Assembly (NCBI GenBank): GCA_963709425.1
Contig: CAVPWG010000002.1
Span: forward strand, 65,372-129,371
DNA from: an uncultured Actinomycetes bacterium
GTDB taxonomy: Bacteria; Actinomycetota; Thermoleophilia; Gaiellales; JAICJC01
Direction: 5' to 3'
Length of the DNA stretch: 64,000 bases
Shown here: piece by piece, positions 20,364-29,038 of the stretch
Numbering within the stretch: position 1 is the first letter of the stretch
How the letters are laid out: the number at the start of each line of letters is the position of its first letter
Translations under genes and position numbers: made by a program
The notes under the pieces: generated by a model
Databases searched by the model: none
The model's input: only the letters and a program-made list of their open reading frames with translations
What the model was told of the DNA's origin: nothing

Positions 20364-21053
20364 CTATCCGACGATCCGCGCCGCCCGCCCGCGGCCGATG
20401 GTCGTGAGCTTGTCTCCCTGGACGATCAGCGCGGTGTCCTCGTCGAGCGCGTATCCCACATGTCCTTCTCCGAGATCGGCGATCGCTGCCCGGAGGCGCG
20501 GCGTCGTCTCCCACCCGTCGGCGTGGACCTCGACGGTGAACGGCACGAGCCCGAGCCCCGCGACGACCGCGACCTCCTCGAGATCCTCGCCTGCATGCTC
20601 GGGGCAGATCGGGCGCCCGTGGTGGCGCCACCCGCCGACGACGGCGTGCGTGGCGGCAATTGCCGCGCCGGCGGAGAACCCGGCGTAGGGCGCGCCGCGC
20701 TCGACGAGCCACCGGATCAGATCGTCGCGGACGGGAACCAGGGACGCCGCGTATTCGGGGGTGAGACCACCGCCCACCAGGAGCCCGTCCGCCTCGGCGA
20801 GGTCGTCGACGTTCATCTGGTCGCCGAGCCGGACGGGGACGACGACAGGCTCGACGCCGCCGGCCGACCCGAGCGCGCGGACGAAGCGGGCGCCGTACTC
20901 GTCGATGCCGTCGCCCTCGTCGAGAAGGACGATGGCGACCCGGGCCACACCGGAACGGCGAGCTGCAACGGCACTCGCCTCGCGCAGGAATGCGTCGTAG
21001 ATCGCAGGCTGGGCATGTTCGTCCCAGCCCCCGCCGATCAGCGTGATGTGCAC
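20364..21053 (-). CDS. Peptidase S51 / cyanophycinase-like type-1 glutamine-amidotransferase-fold protein
   Basis: VHITLIGGGW..., LLVGGGLT and AGFSAGAAIA (nucleophile-elbow-like) are present. The start is set at GTG 21053. Confidence 0.6.
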   Translation of the reverse strand: MHITLIGGGWDEHAQPAIYDAFLREASAVAARRSGVARVAIVLLDEGDGIDEYGARFVRALGSAGGVEPVVVPVRLGDQMNVDDLAEADGLLVGGGLTPEYAASLVPVRDDLIRWLVERGAPYAGFSAGAAIAATHAVVGGWRHHGRPICPEHAGEDLEEVAVVAGLGLVPFTVEVHADGWETTPRLRAAIADLGEGHVGYALDEDTALIVQGDKLTTIGRGRAARIVG

Positions 21054-21066
21054 CTCATCCGATCTG

Positions 21067-21342
21067 TCAGGCGCGTCGAAACGCACGGCGGAGCAGAGAC
21101 GGTCGTTGCGGCTGTGTCTTCCGCCACTCGTCCAGCAGCGGTAAGCGCCCGGCTCGGCGTGCGGCGTCGACGCACTCCGTGTGTGCATGCCGCCGCCGGC
21201 GTGGATCGCCCTCCGGCGCGATGAGCATGTGGCTGGTCATGGCGTGCAGGTGGTAGCCGCACAGCGGGCAACGGTATGTCGACGGCTTCCGATTGTGCGC
21301 TGGGCGAATCGCCCACCATCGTGCCGTGTCCAGTTTCCCCAC
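21067..21342 (-). CDS. Small conserved zinc-ribbon-like protein
   Basis: YRCPLCGYHL...HAHTECV forms a Cys2/His-Cys cluster. The frame looks coding. Confidence 0.55.
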   Translation of the reverse strand: MGKLDTARWWAIRPAHNRKPSTYRCPLCGYHLHAMTSHMLIAPEGDPRRRRHAHTECVDAARRAGRLPLLDEWRKTQPQRPSLLRRAFRRA

Positions 21343-21404
21343 GGTGGAATCATGCCGCTGTTCGCTGGTCGTTGGACCCGCTCATCCTCGGTGCATGATG
21401 CGGC

Positions 21405-22241
21405 CTACGCGCGCGAGACGACGATGCGGTACTCGTTTTGAAGGCTGTATCCCCCGTCTGGAGTTCGGTACTGCTCCATGCCGCGTGCGATGGCGTCCCC
21501 GAGCTCGTGCTCGCGATCCGGCCCGGCGAGGAGCGCGAGCCCGGCGACGGCGAGCATCGCGCGCCGGAGGGTCTGTTCGTCGGGGAACTCGGCGCTCCAG
21601 CTCGTCACGAAGTCGTCGGCGATGGTGAGGCCGGACGCAGCGACGAGTCCCTCGAGCACCCCCGGCGCCGACAGGTCAGGATCGGCCGGCGCATCGGCAG
21701 GACGCGGCGGGAAGAACGTGCGGGCAATGCTCTTCATCGCCTCGAAATCGCAGCACTCGTGCCGCCCCCAGACCTGGATCACGACGGACGCGCCGGGCTT
21801 CGCGACCCGGCGCGCCTCCGCCAGCGCGGCGACGATGTCGTTCGCGAAGAAGAACGAGTTGAACCCGGCGACAAGGTCGAACGAGTCGGCCTCATACGGC
21901 AGCGCCTCCATCTCGCCGTCCCGCAGGTCGGCGTCCGGCAGACGTTCGTGCGCGAACTCGATCAATGCCGCGGAAGCGTCCATGCCGAACGGCTCGCCGC
22001 CGCGGTCGACCACGAGACGCAGAAACGAGCCAACGCCACAGCCGACGTCGAGCACGCGGTCGCCCGGGCTGATCGGGGCGTGCGCCAGCGCCGCCTCGTA
22101 GGTGGGCGTCTGCTGATCCTCGCTGAGCGCCCAGTCGGCGGGCCGGGCGCCCCACAGCCGCCCCCACCGCTCGGCGCTGCCCACCGTTCCGGGTGATGCA
22201 TGTGTGACCACGTCGACTCCTTCCACTAGACTATGGTTCAT
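21405..22241 (-). CDS. Class I SAM-dependent methyltransferase
   Basis: Motif I (VLDVGCGVGSF) and later motifs (DLVAGFNSFFF) are present. The start codon lies inside the operator palindrome, so the start is uncertain. Confidence 0.8.
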   Translation of the reverse strand: MNHSLVEGVDVVTHASPGTVGSAERWGRLWGARPADWALSEDQQTPTYEAALAHAPISPGDRVLDVGCGVGSFLRLVVDRGGEPFGMDASAALIEFAHERLPDADLRDGEMEALPYEADSFDLVAGFNSFFFANDIVAALAEARRVAKPGASVVIQVWGRHECCDFEAMKSIARTFFPPRPADAPADPDLSAPGVLEGLVAASGLTIADDFVTSWSAEFPDEQTLRRAMLAVAGLALLAGPDREHELGDAIARGMEQYRTPDGGYSLQNEYRIVVSRA

Positions 22242-22264
22242 AGTTATAAACTATGGAACATAGT
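22230..22264. promoter_or_regulatory. Twin palindromic operator ACTATGGTTCATAGT-TATAA-ACTATGGAACATAGT between divergent genes
   Basis: Two 15-nt ACTATG-N3-CATAGT palindromes were read directly in the only AT-rich patch of this intergenic region. Each contains the ATG of one divergent gene. Confidence 0.6.
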
Positions 22265-22864
22265 TCTCGCAACAACGACGGGCTCACGCTCTTCTCGTAT
22301 GAGATTCTCGGCCTCGTCGGACGAGGCGGTGCCGCCGCCCACGACCTGCTTCGCATGGCGCGCCGCGGCCGCATCCTGGCGTGGGCGGGGGAGAGCCAGT
22401 ACTACGTCGAGCCCAAACGGCTGGCCGCGCTCGGATATCTGTCAGCCCGCAAGGAGCCGGGCCGGACACGAGAGCGAACTGTGTACTCGCTCACCGACAA
22501 GGGGCTTCGAGCCCTCCAGGAGCACGCCCGCACGCCGGCCACCATCGTCCCCTTCAAGAGCGACGCGCTGCTTCGCCTGCTCATCTGCGATCTCGTCGGA
22601 GAGCCAGTCACCCGGGCGAGCATCGAGGCGCTCCGAAACGAGATCGCGGACCTCCGGCGACGCATCGACGACACCGACGCCTCCGCGCGAGAGCTGCCGC
22701 ACCGATCGACGTACCTCATGATGACGAACGACTTCCTCCGAGGGCTGATCGACCTGCACGCCGAGCTCATCGAGCGCGTCGAGCGCGAGCTGGCGGCTGA
22801 CGAGCTCGACACTGAGAACGCTTCGGCGCCGGTCCGCGGCGTCGGAGATCATACGAGCGGCTGA
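22253..22864 (+). CDS. PadR-family transcriptional regulator
   Basis: A winged-helix pattern (FSYEILGLV...YYVEPKRLAALGYLSAR...RTVYSLTDKGLRAL) is followed by a long C-terminal helical domain. Confidence 0.8.
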   Translation: MEHSSRNNDGLTLFSYEILGLVGRGGAAAHDLLRMARRGRILAWAGESQYYVEPKRLAALGYLSARKEPGRTRERTVYSLTDKGLRALQEHARTPATIVPFKSDALLRLLICDLVGEPVTRASIEALRNEIADLRRRIDDTDASARELPHRSTYLMMTNDFLRGLIDLHAELIERVERELAADELDTENASAPVRGVGDHTSG

Positions 22865-22887
22865 CGGCCGCGGGCCGGCTTTGGCGA

Positions 22888-22930
22888 TGGGCCGTGCTGG
22901 GATCGAACCAGCGACCTTGGGATTAAAGTC
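22888..22930 (-). repeat. Partial copy of the tRNA-Lys 3' half (att-like direct repeat, distal copy)
   Basis: Positions 22888-22927 are identical over 40 nt to 31439-31478 (discriminator, acceptor 3' strand, T arm, variable loop, 3' anticodon stem). The upstream sequence lacks a D arm, so this is not a functional tRNA. Confidence 0.8.
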
Positions 22931-23124
22931 GCCGCCACGCCGTGACGGCCCGTACCGGCTGGTGCCGGGAAGTCCAGGATTAGCAGGGCTTTCCGGCACT
23001 CGCCCTGTGCGCGCCGTGACGGCTCGTGTCGCCCTGTTTCGGCTCGTGCGTTTGCAATCCGTTAGCGGCGCAGCCTCAGATCGGATGATCGGAGCGCACT
23101 TGCGCACCCACCGCCGCGAAGACG

Positions 23125-23328
23125 TCAGGCGTCGCCCGTGCCGAGCTCGCGTTCGAGCTCCTCGACACCGGCGCCGAGCCTTACCATCTCCTGCTTCACG
23201 TTCGCTATTGACTCCGCTTTCGCCGTGTCTGCCTGGTCTGCCGGGTGGAGGTCGGCGACCATCATTTGGGGCCGGTCGAAGGTCGCGCGCATCTCGGCGA
23301 GCCGGGCGCGTTCGGGCTCGGAGGGCAC
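23125..23328 (-). CDS. Small hypothetical protein (67 aa, helical, acidic)
   Basis: The tracked ORF has mostly G/C third positions. There is no recognisable motif. Confidence 0.35.
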   Translation of the reverse strand: MPSEPERARLAEMRATFDRPQMMVADLHPADQADTAKAESIANVKQEMVRLGAGVEELERELGTGDA

Positions 23329-23761
23329 CCGGGGGAATCTAGCCGCGCTGGCACCGGCGGCGGCTTAGCTGGCGATCGCCGCCGGGTTCGCTGCACAGCC
23401 GGCGGCCAGTCTCGGAGCAGGCGATTGGAGAGGCGGCACTAACGGCGTTTGGCGTAGCGCGCTACTCCGGTCGTGTCGAAGGCCACGCACGCGTCGCCGC
23501 CGACCCCACAAGCAAGCCGGGGGTCGACGCCCCGCGGGGCGTAGGAGTTCACTTGAAGGTGACCTCGTACCCCCTGCGAACCCCACGGGTACGGCAGCGT
23601 GGGCGGATTTCGGCGGTGGATCGGGTCCATCATCTGGAGCGCGAAAAGACAGCTCAGTGTGGAACGGCAGCTCCCTCCCGGCTGACGGAGCCAGCGCGGT
23701 GTGTGCTACATCTCGGTTCGCAGGTCGTGCGGCTTTCGGAGCTCTTCGGTGGGAGGATGCG

Positions 23762-26101
23762 ATGGAGGCAACAGGGCGTCGGGCGTTTTTGATCTCGAAG
23801 GGGTGGATCCAGGCTGCGATCCTCGTCGTGGTGACGGGGTTCTTCGTGCTCGGGCTGCTGGCGTACCGCACCTACATGGAGCAGCCGCCGGTACCCGGGA
23901 AGGTTGTTGATCCTGCGGGCAGGGTGGTGTTCACGGGGTCTGACGTTCACGCCGGACAGGAGGTGTTCCTGCAGAACGGGTTGATGGAGTACGGTTCGGT
24001 GTTCGGTCACGGCGCCTACCTTGGGCCTGACTACACGGCCGACTATCTCCGTCGCTCGGCGAGTCTCGTGAGGCGCTCGTACGGCGGCGCGGGGTCGGAT
24101 TCCGCCTCCCGCCGCACCGTCGCGGACTTCCGCACCAACCGGTACGAGTCACAGTCCGGCACGCTGACGTTCACGAACGCCCAGGCGGACGCGTTCAGGC
24201 GCCTCGTTTCATACTACGGCGGCTTCTTTTCCGATTCCACCAGCGAGCATGGGCTTGTGCCGAAGGCGATTACCGACCGGCGGGAGGTGCGTCAGCTGAC
24301 CGCGTTCTTCGCCTGGACGGCGTGGGCGGCATCGGCCGGGCGGCCCGGTCACAACTACTCGTTCACGAACAACTGGCCGCCAGAGCCGCGGGTTGGAAAC
24401 AGGCCTACCGCCAACGTGATCGTGTGGTCGGTGCTGTCGTTGATCGCGCTGCTCGGTGGCATCGGCGTCTTGTTTGCGGTCTTTGGCCGGTGGGGGCAGC
24501 GACTCGGCTGGCACGGCCGCGAGCAGGCGACGCTGGTGTTCCGCTCGCCAGGCGACGTGGCGCTCACCCCGGCGCAGCGCGCCACCGCCTGGTTCTTCTT
24601 CGTCATGGCCGCGCTGTTCCTGATTCAGACGCTGGCCGGGGCGGCGAGCCAGCATTACCGCGCCGAAATCGACAACTTCTTCGGCTACGACCTCGCACGG
24701 GTGTTCCCGTACAACCTGATGCGGACCTGGCACGTGCAGCTCGCCATCTTCTGGGTCGCGACCTCGTTCGTGGCGGCCGGCATCTTCCTGGCCCCGATGA
24801 TCGCACGACGCGAGCCCAAGCACCAGGGCAAGCTCGCGTTCGCGCTGCTCGGCGCGCTGGCCGTGGTCGTCTTCGGCATGCTGATCGGCTCTTACCTGGG
24901 CGTGCACGGCGTGCTGACCGACGCCGCCTCGAACTGGTTTGGGCTGCAGGGCTTCGAGTACCTCGACCTCGCACGGCTGTGGCAAGTGCTGCTCTCGGTC
25001 GGCCTGTTCGGCTGGGTCTTCATGCTCTGGCGGGTCCTGCGTCGGCGGCTGGCGTCGGAGCACCCTGGGAACATGCCGTGGCTGTTCTTCCTCGCCGCCT
25101 GCGCGATCCCCGCCTTTTACGCCGTGGGCCTGCTCGCCCGTAGCGAAGACACGTTCACCACCACCGAGTTCTGGCGCTTCTGGGTCGTGCACCTGTGGGT
25201 CGAGGACTTCCTCGAGCTGTTCACGACCGTGATGGTGGCGTACATGTTCGTGCTGCTTGGGGTGGTCCGCGAGCGGGTCGCCCTGACGGTGGTGTTCCTC
25301 GACATCATCCTGTACTCGGTGGGCGGGGTGATCGGCACCATGCACCACCTCTACTTCTCCGGCGAGCCGGCAGAGCACATGGCGCTGGGCGCGTTCTTCT
25401 CCGCCGCCGAGGTCATCCCGCTCACGTTCCTGACCGTCGAGGCGTGGTCGTTTCTCCAGCTCGGCGCCGCCCAACAGGCGCGGTCGCCAACGCCGTTCCC
25501 GCACCGCTGGGCGGTGATGTTCCTCGTGTCGGTCGGGTTCTGGAACTTCCTCGGCGCCGGCATCTTCGGCTTCTTGATCAACCTGCCGATCGTGTCCTAC
25601 TACGAGATCGGCACCGCGCTCACAGCCAACCACGGACACGCGGCCATGATGGGCGTCTACGGGATGCTCGCGCTCGGCCTGGCGCTGTTCTGCCTGCGCT
25701 ACCTGATCCCGGCCGAGCGCTGGCCCGAGCGCTGGGCGCGCATCTCGTTCTGGTCGACGAACATCGGGCTGGCCTGGATGTGCTTCGCCACCCTCCTACC
25801 ACTCGGCATCATCCAGCTGTACAAGTCGGTCAACTCCGGATATTTCGAAGCGCGCGAGGCCAAGTTCCTCACCAACGACACAAACGCGCTCCTCGAGTGG
25901 CTACGCCTCCCGGGTGACCTCCTGTTCATCATCGGCGGTGCCGTCCCCACCCTCTACATCGCCTGGATCGGCATCCGACACACCGTCAACCGGGTCACCC
26001 TCGACGAACCCGAGGGCGGCATCCTCTTCACCGACATCATGCTCCCACCAAGCGCCACTGGGGCGGGCGGCGATGAGGCGACCGCCGCCCGGCTTATATG
26101 A
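23762..26101 (+). CDS. norZ: Quinol-dependent nitric oxide reductase (qNOR, single-subunit NorB/NorZ type)
   Basis: ATG 23762 follows GGGAGG. An N-terminal TM plus periplasmic extension (GHGAYLGPDYTADYL) precedes a heme-copper-oxidase core with VVHLWVEDFLELF, GTMHHLYFSG and NHGHAAMMGVYG. Confidence 0.85.
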   Translation: MEATGRRAFLISKGWIQAAILVVVTGFFVLGLLAYRTYMEQPPVPGKVVDPAGRVVFTGSDVHAGQEVFLQNGLMEYGSVFGHGAYLGPDYTADYLRRSASLVRRSYGGAGSDSASRRTVADFRTNRYESQSGTLTFTNAQADAFRRLVSYYGGFFSDSTSEHGLVPKAITDRREVRQLTAFFAWTAWAASAGRPGHNYSFTNNWPPEPRVGNRPTANVIVWSVLSLIALLGGIGVLFAVFGRWGQRLGWHGREQATLVFRSPGDVALTPAQRATAWFFFVMAALFLIQTLAGAASQHYRAEIDNFFGYDLARVFPYNLMRTWHVQLAIFWVATSFVAAGIFLAPMIARREPKHQGKLAFALLGALAVVVFGMLIGSYLGVHGVLTDAASNWFGLQGFEYLDLARLWQVLLSVGLFGWVFMLWRVLRRRLASEHPGNMPWLFFLAACAIPAFYAVGLLARSEDTFTTTEFWRFWVVHLWVEDFLELFTTVMVAYMFVLLGVVRERVALTVVFLDIILYSVGGVIGTMHHLYFSGEPAEHMALGAFFSAAEVIPLTFLTVEAWSFLQLGAAQQARSPTPFPHRWAVMFLVSVGFWNFLGAGIFGFLINLPIVSYYEIGTALTANHGHAAMMGVYGMLALGLALFCLRYLIPAERWPERWARISFWSTNIGLAWMCFATLLPLGIIQLYKSVNSGYFEAREAKFLTNDTNALLEWLRLPGDLLFIIGGAVPTLYIAWIGIRHTVNRVTLDEPEGGILFTDIMLPPSATGAGGDEATAARLI

Positions 26102-26730
26102 GCGCCGAGGTCATACTGGCGGCCGGCTACGCCGCGGCCCTGATCGCCGGCGCCTTCTCGCTCGAATGGCTGTCAGCACACACCCACCGCCGCTCGCTTC
26201 GGTACCGCACCGCCGGGTTCACCTACCACGAGACGCTTGACCACTGGAGCTGCCCCGAGGGCCAACATCTATGGCCGCACGAGTTCGACTACGACCGCCG
26301 ACTAGTGCGCTACCGGGCCAAAGCACACATCTGCAACGCCTGCGCCCGCAAACCCGACTGCACCGACTCCAACCACGGCCGCGAGGTCGTCCGCCCGCTC
26401 GACCCGTGGCCCCACTCCGAGGCTGGCCGGTTCCACCGCGTGATCTGCCTGCTCCTCGTCGCCCTCGCGGCGCTCATCCTCCTCATCGAAACCGCACGCC
26501 ACCACCACACGGCTGAGCTCGGGCTGCTCACGACGCTGCTGCTCGCCGCCGCCGCCGCCGCGCGCTGGCTGGAACGCGACCTCGCCGCCCATCCCACCAC
26601 CTTCCCGCACCCATCTGCATCTCATGGCCTACGCCTGGCAACCACCGCAACCGACCGTCGACACGCCAACAGCCAGCCGCCATCGCAGACCGGCCCAGAT
26701 ACCTCACCGCAAAGACCACCCAGCGCCTGA
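26098..26730 (+). CDS. Membrane protein with a Cys/His-rich cytoplasmic module, translationally coupled to qNOR
   Basis: ATGA overlap with the norZ stop. It has an N-terminal TM, then FTYHETLDHWSCPEGQHLW...YRAKAHICNACARKPDCTDSNHGREVVR, then two TM segments. Confidence 0.6.
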   Translation: MSAEVILAAGYAAALIAGAFSLEWLSAHTHRRSLRYRTAGFTYHETLDHWSCPEGQHLWPHEFDYDRRLVRYRAKAHICNACARKPDCTDSNHGREVVRPLDPWPHSEAGRFHRVICLLLVALAALILLIETARHHHTAELGLLTTLLLAAAAAARWLERDLAAHPTTFPHPSASHGLRLATTATDRRHANSQPPSQTGPDTSPQRPPSA

Positions 26731-27019
26731 CACTGCCACCGGTCGTGCGGCCGAACTCGTCGCGGCCACCGCCCACGAAGGGCGGAGTGGGGTGTGGAGT
26801 TGGAGGCGCGAATCGGCGAGGCATCGTCGCGCTCGTCGCGACGACGTGCGTGTCCGGCGTGGGTCGGCTCAGCGGCGGCACTGGCCTTAACACCGACGCC
26901 ACGGCTCGTGCAGCCCGATCCGTGCACTTTCGGGCCAACCGCCGGTACGTGACGTAGAGATTGACTCCAGAGGGACGAGTGGCCAAAGAGGCGGCCTATC
27001 GATTGGGTATCGTCCTCCC

Positions 27020-27340
27020 ATGCCGGAACTCCCAGACGAGGGCGCCGCGCCCGACGAACTGCTGGCACCGGCCGCGTACGATCGTCCGCCCGACGCGGCG
27101 CCGCCCGAGTCGGGCCGGCACGAGCGCCCGCAGGGTATGTTGCCGGGCCGTGAGCGACGCCGCAGCGTGATCGAGCGCGGCTTCGTGCGCGTCATCGCCA
27201 CGGGTGGGATCATCGGGATTGGCACCCTCCTGGGCGCCGTCCTCGTCAGCCAGGCCGTTGAGGGGTGGATCGTCGGGCTCGCCGTCGGTATGACGTCGGT
27301 CGTTCTGGCCGCCCTGCTCTGGTCGTCGCGACAGCTCTAA
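27020..27340 (+). CDS. Small membrane protein (106 aa, two C-terminal TM segments)
   Basis: Third positions are G/C-rich throughout. The hydrophobic tail reads VIATGGIIGIGTLLGAVLV...IVGLAVGMTSVVLAALLW. Confidence 0.5.
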   Translation: MPELPDEGAAPDELLAPAAYDRPPDAAPPESGRHERPQGMLPGRERRRSVIERGFVRVIATGGIIGIGTLLGAVLVSQAVEGWIVGLAVGMTSVVLAALLWSSRQL

Positions 27341-28783
27341 GCCGCGCGCTCGGGCCATGCGAAGGAGGCGAGAGGGACGCGGCGGCCGCGGGCCGGAAGG
27401 TCGTCGGGCGCCTCGCCGGCCCACAGGATGAGGGTGCGGGCGGCGATGTCGCGGCCGCGGCGGAGCATGATCGCGTCGATTCCAGCGGCGAGCTGCTGCC
27501 GTCGATCCTGTGTGGAGAGGTCGGGCCAGAGGGCGGGCAGCCCGGCGGCGATCCGGAGACCGGCCGAGGCCGACACGGCCATGGCGGTGTCCAGCGCCTG
27601 CTGCGCGGCCTTTTGCTTTTGCCGGCGGCTGGTCAGGCCGGCGGCATAGGCGTCGCGGCCGACCTCGCGGACGCTCACCGCCTCGATCCACGCCGCTAAC
27701 TCGGCCTCGGTTTCGGCGAGCGCGTGCCGCGCATGCTCGGTCGCGGCGCGGTCGGCAGCCGGGCGAGTGAGGGCTCCATCCGGTCCGAGCTCCGCCAAGA
27801 ACGCCGCGACGACGTGCGGCTCAACAACGTGTGCGAGGACGCTCGTCGGCGTGGGGCAGTGCCCCGCGGCATGCTCGCCCCGGCACCGGTACTGGCGCAG
27901 GTTCCCCCCGCGGCTGGAGATCGTGTCGGGCTTCATGACGTATCTGCAGCCGGCGCATCGGAGAAGGCCGGCCAAGAGCGCGCCGCTGGGCGAGCGGAGC
28001 GGCGAGACGGTTCGCCGGGTCAGCTGCGCCGCACGCCATTCTGCCTTCGAGACCAGCGCGGGATGGGCGCCGTCCTTGTGGTGCTGCCCGGAACGTGCCT
28101 GGCCGGTGTACACGGGATTCTCGATCACGTTCCGCACGGCACCTGTCGTCCACGCCGTGCCGCCGTATGGCCCGACGATCCCGGCGGCTTCGAGGATGCC
28201 GGCGAGCTCTTTCCACGACGCGCCTGCCGCTCGCCGCCGGAACACGTCGGCGATCGTAGGCGCGGCGCACGTCGACTGGCTCCAGCCGGCCGTCGGCCCC
28301 CCGGCGATAGCCCGTCGGTAGCCGGCTGGCGATGTGGACGCCCCGGTTGACGGCCGACTCCTGTGCCCTCGCCCAGGTGTCGCGGATCCGGTCAACCTCG
28401 AGCTGCGCTAGCGCCAGGATCATGTGAAGAGCGAACTTGCCCGTCGGCGTGCCGGTGTCGAACTTCTCCTCGACGCTGACCAACCGGCCGCCAGCGTCGT
28501 CGACGCGCCTGATGGCCGCGGCAGCCGCGGCCATGCTGGGTGCGATGCGATCGAGCTTCGCCACGACGATGCCGTCGGTCTTGCTCGCCTCGATCCGCGC
28601 TAGGGCCCGCTCGAGTCCTGGCCGTGGTGCCTTGTTGCCGGCCTCGTCCAGGTCGTCGTGCCACGCCGCTATGTGGTGGCCGTGGAGGGCGCAGAACGCC
28701 TCGATCTCGTCTCTCTGCGCCCCGGCGGAGACGAAGTTCTTGCTGCTCCTATGGCTGACTCTGATGTAGCCGTCGACGTTCAT
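27337..28783 (-). pseudogene. Large serine recombinase, reading frame broken once (pseudogene or assembly indel)
   Basis: The N-terminal resolvase domain (MNVDGYIRVSHRSS..., frame of ORF 27821..28876) runs to ...PTGYRRGADGRLEPVD. The recombinase, Zn-ribbon and coiled-coil part (TIADVFRRRAAGASWKELAGIL..., LLRCAGCRY...YRCRGEHAAGHC) continues in the frame of ORF 27337..28395. The junction is near 28255-28276. Confidence 0.75.
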
Positions 28784-28800
28784 AGGAGTGCCGTCCGCGT

Positions 28801-28959
28801 CTACAGGCGCTCGTCCTCGCGAAGCACGCTGGCCACGTCTGCCATCACATGGAGCAGGGGTGCACAGAGGGGGCACTCCTCGGGCGTCGCGCCGGAGTGG
28901 CCGTTGCGCTCGGTGGGCAACAGGGGGGCGGTAATGGGGGGCTCCATGCGATCTCTCAT
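28801..28959 (-). CDS. Untracked mini-ORF (52 aa, CxxC) 17 nt upstream of the serine recombinase
   Basis: Hand translation gives MRDRMEPPITAPLLPTERNGHSGATPEECPLCAPLLHVMADVASVLREDERL. Third positions are mostly G/C, and AAGGA lies just upstream. It is below the 60-aa track cutoff. Confidence 0.4.
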   Translation of the reverse strand: MRDRMEPPITAPLLPTERNGHSGATPEECPLCAPLLHVMADVASVLREDERL

Positions 28960-28999
28960 TCCTTGGGCTCTTGGGTTCGTCGGTCGTTGGTGCCGCGCA

Positions 29000-29023
29000 C
29001 CCCTGGCCGGCTTCGGCCAGGGG
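29000..29023 (-). terminator. Perfect 9-bp stem-loop (CCCCTGGCC-N6-GGCCAGGGG) 15 nt after the stop of the 29039..29233 gene
   Basis: Read directly. There is no U tract. Confidence 0.4.
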
Positions 29024-29038
29024 CTCGCGGATGCTGCT

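Noticed and set aside
22888-22965. Possible second complete tRNA-Lys gene.
   Set aside because: Only the 3' 40-43 nt match tRNA-Lys. The upstream sequence (GGGCCGTCACGGCGTGGCGGCGACTTTAA...) is about 9 nt too short, has no D arm and has a 6-nt anticodon loop. It is treated as an att-type partial duplication.
26731-27019. Tracked ORFs in the gap after the Cys-rich membrane protein (26745..26957 plus, 26528..26986 minus, 26622..27068 minus).
   Set aside because: They are mutually overlapping with low-complexity translations, and no frame shows a consistent third-position bias. The gap is treated as intergenic island DNA.
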